NCBI RefSeq assembly: GCF_026571515.1
Contig: NW_026854712.1
Coordinates: 1-64,000, forward strand
Reading direction: 5' to 3'
Source of the DNA: Ruditapes philippinarum
Taxonomy: Eukaryota
Length of the DNA: 64,000 nucleotides
A model generated the notes under the pieces. It saw nothing but the letters and a program-made list of their open reading frames with translations. It searched no databases and was not told where the DNA came from. The number at the start of each line of letters is the position of its first letter. The stretch's first letter is position 1. Positions 40,501 to 55,500 of the stretch are shown one piece after another. A program made the translations under genes and the position numbers.

Positions 40501-43500
40501 GGCTGCAAGGCTGCCAAATTCAGGCTGCTAGGCTGCCACACTGCCAAATTCACGAACATCTAAACATTAACTTATGTCTTCCCTATCAAATTATTAAAGA
40601 CATTTTTTTATGTTTTGCGCTGATAAAGGCATATAGCCAAAACGTTTGCGAATGAGAAATATTGATAAAATAAAATGAGTATTTTCATTTTCCGTATTTT
40701 CACTGTAAAAAATATTTTTCACTGCAGTGAAAAATATTTTCTGTATTTTCATTGGTGTCTTGTCGGACTACTTTCTTCTAAATTGAGCCAATACACAAAA
40801 TTTAAGGGGAAATCTTTCAAATTGTAATACATGTAACAAAAAGAATATAATTAACAGAAAATTCTAGGTTTTTCTAGAAATGCAGGATTTTATTCCATCT
40901 TGTGGTATGAAAATTATCATATTTCACTCGTCGCTACCGCCACCCAAATATTTAATTTCATAAGACTCGATGAAATAGATCCTGTATTTAATGAAAAAAA
41001 ACTTGAATATCCTCCATATTTATGACTATTTAAAACAAAGAAGATTTTCAACAGGATAAGATTTATTGCTTTCCTTACTGTATTTAATGATTTATTGTAA
41101 TCATGCAACTTTTATGAGCATTTCTGGGATTAGTTTAAAATAGCATCAACAAGACCTCTCATTTCAAACCGACACAACCATTTTAAGACTTCAGATGTAC
41201 AAGTGTGACCGTGACTCTTATGCTGGAGACGCTACATGTCGTTAACATATCTATGCTAAGTCCATTCACAAATGACAGTATTATTGACTGGAACCGACAA
41301 TGTTGCACTTTTATTTTGAGCTTATACATGTCGCTGAAAACCCGACTCTTGCGCATGACATATTTACATATAGCCATTGGGCCCAACACACTAATGTCAA
41401 GTGATTTTAAAATCCATTCGGGAATGACAGATTTGTTGACTGAACATTATCATCAATGCACTTGAATGAGAAAAAAAATCATAATGAAGTAAGACCTGTG
41501 TCTGTAAATATTGACGAAGAAACAAATATTGTTGAAATCAAGTAAGACCTTGACCTTGAAGCCATTTACCTACTTGTCGCACGTGACACATGGTCATATT
41601 GTCAAACCTATAAATGTCAAGTTCTGTTGAAATTAACCTAGGAAAGACAAAATAATTGTTGGCTGGACATTATCATCAACGCATTATTATGAATTATTCA
41701 TATCATAACTGGACGTATAGCTGAGATATTGACCTTTCTACTAGGACCTAATTCTTAAAGGCGTCTCGATCAGTTCCGTCCATGAACACCGAGCCTGCAT
41801 TTTTTCAAAATTTCCGAATTGGGCTTTCTTTAGGGATTCTGTTTTTCTCTATTTCGTTGTTAGCATGTCCAACATATTTGTGCAAAGTTTAAAATCCATA
41901 AAGAAATAACTGAATTGTTGACTGGACCAAAAATCAGCGCACTTTAATGTAAGAATTACTTTCGAATCGAAGTGTGACATTGACCTTTCAGTTAAAGAAC
42001 GACAAATTCAATCATAATTCGCTTCACATTTATGCAGACATATTTCAACATTCTTCTATAAATAACAAAGTTATGGATCAGACGGATGCAATGACGAATG
42101 GTGGGACGGAACATTTAAACTGTAGTTTCGATTTGATAAAAATCGAAGATAGCTTGTCGTGTAGATAACCAATGTTCAGTAATATAGACATATAGATGCC
42201 TTATATGTTTAAGTATTTTGATTAAAAATCGTACTTAGTATAATATACATATTATAAGCCTGTAATCTATAAAATATCTTTCAAAATTATTGTAAAACAA
42301 TAAGAAAAATAAAAGAATAAAATAAATATGTTAAACTTTGTATACTTCCTTAATGAGGAATGACGCATGCACAAGAGTATTGCTAAATACCAATGCGTGG
42401 TGGATAACAGAGCCAGTCTATGTTACAATTATTCGAGAATCCGCCTTAAACTTTCGGAAAAAACATAATTTCACCATTTATAGATCTAGAATTTTAAAAT
42501 ATATTTCACTGATACTCAATGCCAAATTTCTAGCTTTCGGTGCATCTCTGAGAAGAATATTTTAAAAATATTTCACTTTTGGGGTATATTTTAGCTCAGT
42601 CTAAGTTTCAGAAGAAATTTGAATGTACTCAACAAGTTATACGCAATTCAAATAAAGCGAAGCGTTTCAAAACTACATTTAGATAAGGCTACGGAAACCC
42701 ATAAGTGATCAACGTTTCGCTTGACACTCATTAGTTTGTCTATACCAACGTATCTATATTGGAAAATTGTTTCATTAAATATTCATTTCTTACATCATTG
42801 CAGTTACAGCTTATTATGTCCTTTCAAATGAAACTGCCTCGTGGGACAATGCAAAAGGTAGGGGAAACTTTGCAACACCAACAATTCAAGGGAATAACTC
42901 TTCTTGGTTTATTATCAATATAACATCTGACCTAAATGAAAATGAAACAGCATGGGTTGGATATTATAAGAAGGAAACAGCCTTTGCTTACATTGGTAAG
43001 TTCTTATTATATATCATGTCATTACTTGTACATAAACAATAGTTGGTAATTGCTTGTTTTGCCATGCCTTAACAGCAGTATTCTTGAAAAAATGAAGATT
43101 ATGTACGTATTATCAATGAAATCAAACACTTTTTAAAGTATCATGAACAACAACCTTCACGTTTATAAAAAAGATATATAAAAGATATCGGAGTATATAA
43201 AAAGATAGAGCAAAAATATAAGATAAAACCATTGACCATTACTTTTGACCTTGATCTTGAAATGAGCGTCTGGGTTTAATTTACAATTATTATCATCATC
43301 TTCATATATTGAATATGTTACCGGGGCGTCTCCTCAATGCTTTCTCTGATTTTTTATTCTTTTTTTTGCGATCGATATTTTGTCAAAGTTGGACAGCATT
43401 TGATAATCATGAACGTTATTCCAACGGGTCATAAGTAAGAAGATAAGTAAGAAAGGATTACTTGATAAGCCTTTTGATCTTGAACTGTAACATACTAAAT

Positions 43501-46500
43501 GCGAAACCTAAAATATAAATTGCAGATGTCGTTTTATTGAGCATCTCAAAAGATTCAGAGAGGACACATCATTGCTGGTTTAGAACTGTTACCAAGGACT
43601 TTGAATTTCATTTTCTTGAAGAAGCTATCTAGGTTAGCAAATGAAACTTCGATGGCTCTACTCAGGTGCCCGCTCGTGCCTGAAATAAGGCAAGGATGGG
43701 CACCTATTAAGGTCTTTCTCTAACAGTAGAAAGCCTGTGTTGAGTTTCTGCAACGTAAAACCCTACCCAAATATAAAAGTTGCGTATTTCAGGATGTAGC
43801 CTATTAAACAAAACAGTACCAAATGGTTTGTTGCCGACAAGGAATAATTCCCCAGGCAATTGCTTTTCATTGTGCAAAGAAACACATCACAGTTATATTG
43901 GATTAAACAAAGGCAATGTAAGCTCTTCGAAGAAAAACAAGATAATATTTCGTGTTTATCTGTAAATATCATTTTGTCTCCAATAAAATACTACGGAATA
44001 GCACAGTTGTTTAAAACGTAATTTTACTTTCAGCAACTAGTTTGTATTTTCAAAATATGCCAAGGCTATTAACTAGTTTCAGCATAAGTATTTTTATTTT
44101 CTTGAAATAGCATATAAGAGTAAAAAGAACTGTTTAGATGTTCATTTTTGTATGTTGTTGCAGTGTTTTTGCCTAAGTGAATTACCAAGTGAAAACATAA
44201 CATTGAGTAAATGTGATATTTCTCCTAATGGAGATTGGATTGCTGGTGGAAATGATTGTATGTCATTGTACCAAAAGATCAGAGCGGGTATTATGATAGT
44301 TTTAATAATTGTAAGATGAATAACTTTAAAATACTATTTGTACAAAACCTTAAATTTGTTTTAGCTTTCACTTTTAATAAGTTTCGCTTCTAACTTTACC
44401 ATTTGTACCGCGAAACATAATAAAATGGCAGTAAACATGTTTCTGTTGGTAAGGTATTCCATCGTGTATATCCAGTAACGCCGGGATGCGAAAATAACTA
44501 AAAATAATAAATGAAGGATACTAGTACCTGGCAGGATTTACAACGACGTAAGTAAACTGGCAATTTTGTTTTTGTGTATTACCGTTTTGAGTGTAATTTT
44601 GGCTTTTTTCGACTCTTACGAGGTACGTGAATAAACATAGTCTAAAGAGTGAGAACAATAAACATTTCTATAATGAAAAAGGCATTTTTTTTATAACTAC
44701 CATCTCAAAAGATATTCAGAAATTGCTATTTATGATAAACGGTTTCAACACCGTTGTATACTAAAGTAAGAAATCTAGTAATTGCATTGCTTCGTACTCA
44801 TTTCAAGACATATATTACGAAGCTTATAGCTCTGTGGTTGCAGGGACCGATTCGGTGTCTATATTTACGCAATCAAACTAAAATCAATTCTGTATGAAGT
44901 GAATTAAAGTTCCCCCTACAAAATTTTTAGAATAATGCTCATACTCACCGATTAATGGCGTTAAACACGTGTAATAATTCAGAACCATATATGAGAAAAA
45001 CCTCATTTTCCGGTGTTACCGTGAAGCACTATCCACGTACATCGGCGTAACCTTATAAAATAGAGTTTTAAAAATCACATTTTATCAGCTTATTTTCAAT
45101 TTTCTATGCCACCAGGTGTTAAGAAAATGTCATTTGCCTACCAAAAGATCGAAATTATACGGTATTATCTGCATTGTTGTACTAATAAGAGTCGACAAAA
45201 AACAAAATTACACTCAAAACGGTAAGCATGCCATCATTTTCACGAATGATCTTAAAAATTAAGCAATTTCATCGAAATAATCTTGATGACGGTAAATTAA
45301 AGTATTACGTCTTTGCAGCCGTATACGGCTATTTCTTTTTTCAGTTTGTTTAATGACCAGATTACTTACCGCGTTGAAAATCCTGTCAGGTATCCGTTAT
45401 TTATTGCACAATTCTGCTTAACTTTTGCACAAATCGTTCATAATTTCACATTCCGGCGTTACTTGATATACACGGTGTAATCGTAATCGACTTTTTCTTC
45501 TTAGATATACATGTTACAAGAGGCGGGAATAGCGGAAAATGTCTTGTGTTTGAAGCAACGAATAATTATCTTTATTGGACACGGTGTGAAGAAAATGACA
45601 AAAAACTATGCAAAAATGGTAAGTGTTTTCAAGAGACTCAAAAACAAAGTCTGTACTTTTCAACTATTCAGTTTCTTTTATCTCATTGAATTAACAGTAT
45701 ATTCTTGATAATTTACAAATATTTATTGTATCTCAAATTTACATATTGCTTTATATATTGCATTTTCTATGTACGGTTGTTCATCGTTTATTTCTATGCA
45801 TTTTTAGTCGGTTAACATGACGACATGTTAATATGTAGACAAATGTACTATAAAATTTCTTGATAAGATTGGTTTATATATTTAACCAAATGGTTAATTA
45901 TTAACAGAAAAAAACTTAGCACACCGTTGACTAGTGCTGCACTAAGACGGCCTAAGTACAATGCTCTGTATCAGAGTGTTTTAATTTTGTTTTGGTTTTT
46001 TTGTGTCAAAAAAAACAACAACAGATTACTGATAATTTCTTTAATTTTGACTACTTTAATGACTTTAATTTATTATTTCACACTTTACTATAAATTTCTC
46101 AAGAAAAAATGCAAGAACTGGAAGAACAATGTATGAAACGTGTAAAATAATAAATGAGAGTCATTAAAGAAGTTATAAGTAGTTCAAAATAAACAACTTA
46201 ACAGTAATTAGTATTATAAATCCCCCATCCAATTCAAAATATTTATTATATTATATTTATTATTTTATTATAGTCTGATCTATACATACATATACAATTA
46301 AAACAATATACATACAGTAAATTGGATAGCCATTCTTTTAAGAATTATAACAGACATTTACAAGTAAAACAGCATATTCCAAGCATTGAATGTTATACTT
46401 AAAATAATTAAATTGTACTAATATTCATACCTACAACATAACTGTATGAGTAATTACATTAGGGTTGTTAATTTTAAAATGGAAGAATGAAATCTCATAA

Positions 46501-49500
46501 CTGTACTAAACCCTAAATGGTTATCTCCTTATAAATGTACTAAAATCATCTATACCAACAACCACTGACCTCAACTTAAAATCTGTCATAAGAAATTTGT
46601 TAATAAAATCTGAATTTTGTAAATGTGGCACTATTGCGCTTATTAAAAAATGTCTTACAAAATCATATATCACTCATGGTAAGACCATGGATGAACTGGC
46701 CAGTAGTGATAATCACAACAGGAAGATAAAATATTCTAGTTGGTTTAAAAATACATTTATAACATTTATACAATAAATGTTCTTTTGCTATTAAAATGTT
46801 CATTTTAGGCAAGAGGTGAAACACATACATCATCAACTTTAATTTTTTCTTGAAATTAATAATGTGTATCCTCACCCTCCACCTAAAATGAAGCAATTAA
46901 AATATATATTTATTGGTACAAAAAATCTCTTCTATAATTAAGTATATCGTAGAAGGATTCTGCAGTATATTTCAAATTGACAATATCTTCATTTGACAAG
47001 AGGAAGCAAAGCTTGGCAATATCGTTACAATAATTAAACAATTGAAAGTACAATTTTCAGCAGCATTTTCAAGTAATTTATTGAGAATATCAGTGTACTG
47101 GGGGCAATGCAATCATACGTGCATCACATCTTCGATGTCATTATTACAAATAGAAGATACTCTATCGTTAACATTTAATCTTTCGTATCTGCCAATCTCC
47201 AATCTGATTGGTGCAACACCACATCTAAATTTAGCCAATGCTGACCTATGGCGATAAGACATAATTTCATTGACATAATGCTCCTGTTCAAAATCAAACT
47301 TAAATTTCTGATATAACCTTAACTTGTTTCTACTATCACCAGATTTACTAAATATACACTGAACTGATCTTGTCCATTCATCTATCAATACATCCATTGC
47401 ATTCTTCACAATTGTATCAACAACTAGATTTTTATTCAGTGGTAATGTACAGTCACTAAAATCTACACAACCAAATTTTATAATGAGGTTTGTAATCCTA
47501 AAATGCCAGTTGCTACAATTTCTACTTGCAAGGTGATAACAGTGTTTTGATATCTTGACATTACCTCTGTTTGATCCATATTTGACAATTTCCACCAAAA
47601 GTTACCAACACATTTCAATTGTTTAACATAAACTGGATCCCAAACTATATCACCGGCTACAGCAGAGCTTAGAGTGTATTTTCCTGTACCTAAGAAAAAT
47701 CTCATAGCAAGATTTTCCATAGCTTCTATACAAGAGAATACATAGTCCCCCAAATGGCAGCACCATATGCTATATCTGGCCACACCATTGAGTCATAAAT
47801 CTTTTTATATGCATGATGAGGCATGCCACCTAAAAGCTTAAATTTTGCTATTAAAACACCCAACGTGTGATACAAATTTGGCAGTAATATTATAATTCAA
47901 ATGTTCAGTAAGAACCAAGCCAAGATAAATATATTTATCTACAATATCCAATCTAGCATTATCACATGAAAATTGAAAATTTGTCTTACTAGTAGATACG
48001 TTTCTAAACTGAACAATATTACTTTTCTTATCATTTATAGTCATCTTATTTTCATAACACCAATTTGATAGGCAATTTAACATTTCTTGGAGGTCACATG
48101 CATTAGAGGCTAATAATACTTCATCATCAAAAAGTAAAATTGACAATTTTTTCACCATCTTCTATGTCAATAACCATTTCCAAAGCCTTGATTTTGATAG
48201 CTAAATCATTGATAAAACAATTAAGCAATATTGTAAATAAAATACACCCCTGTCTTAAACTAAGATTCACATTAAAAAAATCAGAAAAGTTTTCATTTAC
48301 TTTCACACAAGAAGAAACATTACTAAAATTTGATTGTATAGCAGTGTACATCTTTCCTTTAACACCAATATTGTTAAGTTTTTCAAATAATATCGTTCGT
48401 TGGCACAATCGTAAGACTTTCTAAAATCTATAAAGGCTGCAAATGTGCATTGATTTTCTTTATACGTGATTCGATGATAGAAGAAGGAGATGGTATATGC
48501 TGTTTGTACCAATTCACGGGACCGTACAACTAGAAAATCACTGTACATATGTAAAGAATCATGACCCACCAGACAGTAGTCTACAACAGAATGTCCCTGT
48601 GGTCGAATACAAGTAAAATCGTTTTTCACACCATTTCTACCATTCATAATTATTGTAGCAAAATTCACATCAACTAAAAAATCAACAAGCATTTCACCAT
48701 AGCTATTACAAGTATAGTCTACTACATTTCGTTCTGGTAAATCATCTATACCTTCAATAAAATCAGACAAATTTCCTCATCTACCGTTAAAATCACCCAA
48801 AATACAGATTTTACCTTAATTTTGATATTCATAAATACTAGTAAGTAATTTATCAAAGAAACAATTAACTTCAATGTGTCTAGTCAACGAATCAACTATT
48901 GAAACATGATAGTCTATAAATAGTTCTTCTTTAACAAATATTCCTACGCCCCCACAACCTGTCCAAGCATTGATATGAATATCAGTTCTATTATTACCGT
49001 ACCATTTATAACCAGTCATGTCAATAATATCGTTACTTCTCAAATGGTTTTCTGCACTACCCATAATGTCTAAGTCCAGAATACTGATACATGTTTCCCT
49101 CAATTTAAAATTATCAGAGTTAAAATCATTTTTAAAACAATTAACGTTCCAAAATCCCATTTCCATCAACGATGGCCTCTCTGACCACGACTCTGTCTTT
49201 GTCCACCTCTATTTCCTCTGTTACCGCCCCAGTTGTTGTCCCTTCTACCGTACCACGCTCCATTGCCATTTTATTGATCCTTATAGGAATTACCGTCTAT
49301 ATCGTTACTCGCTTCCGCACTCGCGGCACCACCATTTCGAAAACCGGCATTACCCGAGGAGTTTTTATTTCCTTTGTTACCCGATGACTGATTTCCTGTA
49401 TAACCAGATTCAAATACTCGAGTGCCCACGACCTTCATATTAGACCGACCATTGTTTATAGCTTTAACATGCATACGCATATTAGTAGACAACTGCCTCT

Positions 49501-52500
49501 CTTCTTTGTTTGGTAGCTGTTAATGTAGACATTTTTATAAAATAATGTCTCTCCAAGTTTGTTTTTTGCTTTCAGAATCTTACTTTTGTCCTCCTGACTT
49601 CTACACTCACAAACTACAATTCCTGGAACATTCTCCCTCGTATATTCCCTTCTATCCACATTAACAAATGAAATGTCCGGTATCTGCAATACTTTTTTCA
49701 CCAAGTCTGACATTCTTTTTGTAATATCTTCAGAAACATTGTACGGTAGATTCCGCACCACAATATTGCATGTAGTATCTTTGTTGCTTACCGAAGTTTC
49801 TGTAGTTTGGAATTTGGCCATCTCTTCCAACCGCTGATTCACGTCTTCCATATCATTTGTTAGTTCAGACTTTAAATCACTTAGTCGGTTTTTATACCTT
49901 GTGAAGTCGTTTTTTAATCTTTGACACTTCAGTACTAATGCGTTTGTCAAAGACTTTTATCAAAAATACATAATAAAAATACATACATAATAAAACTTCA
50001 TTGATGTAATACTCGTATATGAGGTACAGAAATACATTTGAAGAATATATGATGTAGTTTTATCTGCCAAAAATTATTTAATTTGAAAGAAAATGGTAAT
50101 TTTCATATTTTTACTACATTTGATTCCTTGCACCGCACCATTATTTGAAGCTATCACCATTGACATTCTTACCATTAAGATATTCCTTTAACAGATTCTG
50201 TACAAATTATAAGGGGACCTTTTACGCACACATTACTAGACTACTTAGAAATATCACATTGTGTCACAACGCGAATCCTAAAAACAGCGCCAAGGATACT
50301 CAATAAATTACCGGTACTTTAGAACATTGACATTTGGCGAAACGTTTATGTATGTCACTAAGAAAATGCAAAATTGTTTTTATTTTATTTTGAATTTTCA
50401 ACATAAATTATGAAAAACTTTAAATATCGGATCTCACAAGAGTTGAAATGTGATATTAAACTTTATCAAATTGTTATAAATCGATGTTATGGCCAGATTT
50501 ATAACATTGTCCTGGACAAGTTTGTCAAAGTTTTACTTTTTTAAATTCGTTTTTCACATGACTAAACACATTGAAATTAACATTTAACATTTGTAAACGA
50601 TTTTGCAACTTCCATATATGGCATTTTCACGGAAATGGACAAAAATTAATAGGCGGAGCCAATTTTCACGAAAGCAGAATGTAAAGAGAGATAACTGTTG
50701 CTGGTACAAAAATATTTCAAATGTCACATAAATCAACTGCATTACAGTTGACTTAAAATATCCTCTGATTTTGTTAAAACGTAGTCTAGCACAGGATATT
50801 GAAGTAATGCAAAATTGGTTCAGATATAATGTAACAACGTTTATACTGATAATGAGCATAATAATATACAAAAGCTAAAGTTGGTGAATTAACAAAAGGG
50901 AATGTTTCCTATTTAATAAGGACACAAACCACATATGGCGCTTAGCTGGCTTTTCATCGACTTCAAACGTTACAACGTTTTAAATTGTTGAAGAATTCGT
51001 ACGGATGTCTTTTACATTCAGCAAAAAGTACTTAAATGCGATACATGGAAGTCACTTTTGGCAACACAACTAAAGAGAAATGAACAGTAAGCCCGTGCCT
51101 TCTTTCTTTAAAGGACTATATGGGGTTGCTGCAAGGTAGGTTTCCGAGACTTTTTAAAACAAGACAACAACGGAATTTCTCATACGTTATTCTCGGGTAA
51201 CTGTTTAAAGGAAACTCGGCAGAGCCTCGTTACAGCCGTAAACAGTTACCCTCGAGCTAGATATTCTGGTGTAAGCCAGTGTAAGATTCTTATATCATTT
51301 CACATTTACAAAATCGTCGCATTTGCATAACAGCTATTTTGCCGTTATATGCTTATTTAATAGGGAGTGATAATATGACATCCCACATCTTCACAGTCTC
51401 GTAAAGTTTATACAATTGTACCAGAGGCATTCTATATGTTCGCAACATTTTCTCTCCTAGGACCAAAAAGTTGTATTTTTGAGATATTTACTAAAAATGT
51501 ATGTTGTCAACACTTAGATGAATGAGTTCACACTAGACTCAGTAATCAAAAAACGGTAGAGGAAAAAGGTTACCAATGTGGATGATAAACTCAATAAATT
51601 ATCGTCCGACTTAGATAAAAGAGTTCTTACAATTGAGGACAAATTAATTGCTTTAAAGAACACGGTTGAATTACACGATTCTAATTTCGATTAAACAAAA
51701 GGCCAGGTATCAATTTTACAGTCTGAAAATAAGAATTTTAAAGAGACTATTACAGATATCCAAGCAAAGTCTATAATGTGCAATTGATCCTTGTTGAGAT
51801 CAAAGAAACAAAGGATGAAACAAATGAGACGCTTGGAAATATTCAAAACACTTACAGAACGATTTAAAGATTCCGGATCAAGGTATTGTTAGGCTAGAAA
51901 TTGAAAGTAAGAGACGAATTGACCTTCGGGAACAAAGCAGTCCGTATGGGGCGGTACTCCAGAAATAGTATATATTCCGCCTTAAATAACCATGGAAACG
52001 CCACAGCGGCGCGGTTCAAAACACGTGACGCATGTTGATTAATAATAATCAAAGTGCATGATACAAAAATGTATTATGTCCAAAATTTGCCGGGATTTGG
52101 TGTAAAACCCGAAAAATGTCATGTTGAAATTTCACGCCATTTGAACAATAATAATATTTTGAATAACTGTGTCAACCGTTTGTAGTTGTAACGTTATTTA
52201 TTCGTAAACGTCGTCATTAAGAGCTTTCAAAAAGAAATTCAATAATTGTAAATATTTACGTTTTTTTAATTCCGAGTGTATTAAACATTCAAAATTATAA
52301 TTGGTACCTTTGTTATATGAATTGTTCTTTTGAAAGAATTATACTAAACCTGTTCAATGATATATCATGCTTAATAAAGGCAGGCACCATATTTTGTATC
52401 TAGCAGTGAAGTATAAAAGTATTACAGGTGTGACATGAGAGAAGTAGTCAGGTCATAGCCAATGCTCATCGAGCAAAATAAAGCATATGAAGATTGCAAA

Positions 52501-55500
52501 GATAATTTTTATAGTCACTTTGAAATATCCCTCATACATTCCTTATAAGATATTTACGAATCAAAGTTGTTCAAACTTTGTGAAAATGTTGCAATACTGT
52601 TTTTATGTTAATATTGGTATATAATGTGTTATCTTACATCATAAACGTTAATTACATAATTATTAAGAACTAAAATTGGTTTGCATTTTATGTATAGGAA
52701 CTATAAATTTAATAAAGAAAAAACTGTTGAGGGGCTTAAAGTTTATAATACAATTTAAAAAAAATTCATTTACAACAAGTCTGTTTTTGCAAACATTCTA
52801 TAAATCCACATCAGTACCTCAATTCAGCTTAATAGAAAGGGAACAACTTTTATTGCTATTTCTTTTTTTTTTCTGCGCCAATAGCCAATGCGATTACATT
52901 CAAAAGATTGTCTTGAAAATGTTTATACATGTACATCCTTATTCCACCTCGATTGAAATTTCAAATATATTTATATATATAAATATATATAATAAGAAAA
53001 TTATAGATTAACAACTTGTTGCACATAGTGCAGTTTTTTGTCTTTTTTCAGGTTCTGCTATCGTTTCTGTCCAGTATAACTCACAAACATACTTTTCGTG
53101 GAAGCATTATGTGAAAGCTTGTTTCGGAAGAAACTTGTCTCCAATCAGCTATAATGACACCTTGAATTCAACAAGTATAATCCAGGCTACAAGTCCAACA
53201 TCGACAAATGTTATTCGCAGTGATGCAGTATATAGATTTAATGGTTAGTTGAAAATTATTTCTCACGGTGAGCTTTTATTGTCTTCCAAAAATTGTTCTA
53301 ATGATCTTGGTTCTTTGCCATCTGGTTCGAAAGAGTTAAAATATAAAAAAGGGGAAAAAGATCAATAAGGAAGGGTAGCATTCAATGAATGCATTCCAAA
53401 CACAATACATAATCTGAAATATACTGACATGAACTAAGATATATTACTAACGAAACGGTTAGCATCTTCTAAAGAAAATCTGTCAAGTTCTGTAAAAAGC
53501 ATCTTTTGTCGAAATTGGCTTCTTTCAGCAGGCAACTGGTTTGTATAGAGTAATACTTAAAAAAAAAAATAAAGTCTTCTTTAGGATCGATCACAAGGCT
53601 CTTATGTAATAACACTTGGTTTCCCATTAGTGTTATTGTACATTTTAGTAAACGAAAGCATCGTTGCTCGGAACAATATGACCAAGTTTAGAAGATTTTC
53701 CTTAATAGAGTATTTATCTTCCCTTTGTGTCTTTCGTAGTAAATAGACTTAAAAGAAGACAGAAAGAACCACATGAATTTGCTTTTAAAATTGCCAAAAA
53801 GTTAATGATAGGTAGAAATGTTTTATGGACCATGATAACAGTTAAATAAATAAGTGCCCCTTAATAAATATTCCTCCACGGGTTTGAATTATTTACATCA
53901 TCTTAATGTAGAAATTAACTTTGGAATATTTTCAGAAGCTATAAAGCAATGAAAGTATATACTTGTCATCATGAAGAATTACCATGCGGTCCCGATGGGC
54001 CAAAATACCCTTGCTCTTTAGGCATCTCAGTAACATTGATTTGTACAGGCAGGATACATGAGCTTTAAAATATTTTCCATGGTCCGTTTTTTTCCGTTTT
54101 TCCATTTGTCCGGAACCACATGCCTAAAATTCTATGGAACTATTCCCCTTTTAACATATAAATGTAGATATATATGAGTAAAATAAAGTTTCTATATCAT
54201 TAACTGTTCCTACGTACACAGTATTAAAATCAAAATCACTGGCTTTTTATTTAGACCAAAGACAAAAAATGAAAGATAATTTTAATTAGATTTTTGAATT
54301 AACAAAACCAAACGTTTGAAGACAATGTTTTCTTTCACCCAAAAATATTTTTACTTCTTATTTGTCATATTTGTTTTTTTTCTTTTTATTTTTTTTTAAA
54401 CATAAAAGTAAGTCTGGTGTCAAATATTGCAGTTTATGAAACAAGTAATTATTCAATTAAATATGATTGATCACGACAAAGACATTCCATTCATTTTCAT
54501 TACCATGGAAATCTTTCACATCTAGAAGTTTAAGAGATTGATTTTAAATATAAAAATACTTATTTTAATGAAAAATAATTTGTTTCAACTGAAATCATCA
54601 TATGGGTGTTGTTTTTGCAATTCTAAAAGTAGAGGAGCAATATCACAGTTAAGTTTGATCAGAGCTCTTATAAAGATTATACGGTACCTTATCCTTTCAG
54701 TATTCATAAAATTTAAGGGTATTGTCCTAACAGTGTAGAATTCAGAACGATTAGTAGTATACATCTTCTACAAGGAAAATAAACAATGCACTCGACATTA
54801 AAGTTTAACTAAAACCTCAGATTGAAATTCGCTAACAAACGTTCATCTTATTGATAATATTCATAATTGTAAATCAAAGTTATGACAATAAGTGACAAGT
54901 AAAGGTGGTTGCACTACTTATACTATAAATTTACATACTAGACATTTAATATGGAATTGTTATCATATTCCCATTGAATTACATAAGGAGAATAATAAAC
55001 TTAAATTGATAGATAATAACCGACATGATTATTTTCCAAATCTTTTCGTTTAATTTCAGAGAAACCAAATGCAATCAGTACAGATGACAGTATGAAGTAT
55101 GGATATATTACTAAACGTGGGAACATTACATTTTTACTTTTCACTGAAACTAGTTCAAACAAACGCTATCTGCTTCAAATAGGTAGGTTTAAGCTTACTT
55201 GTACACAACAATACTTTCAACTATACATTTGAGTTTTGTGTAATATACATAATGGTGATTGTATCATTTAGTATAAATATATGACATGCATGAGAAATTG
55301 ATAACGCTTTTTTTTATTGGGTTGTAAATTTCTCTTGTACATTGGATTGACATTACTCTCTGAACCATAAAAATGCAAATTGGTCGATTGCTTTATCGGT
55401 AGAATGTTATGGTTGTCACAAATGTTCGCTTATTTTAGTTAGCTACAATGTACAGGGGGTTCGATAGACAAAACATTTACAAGGACTGTACATTCCCTCC

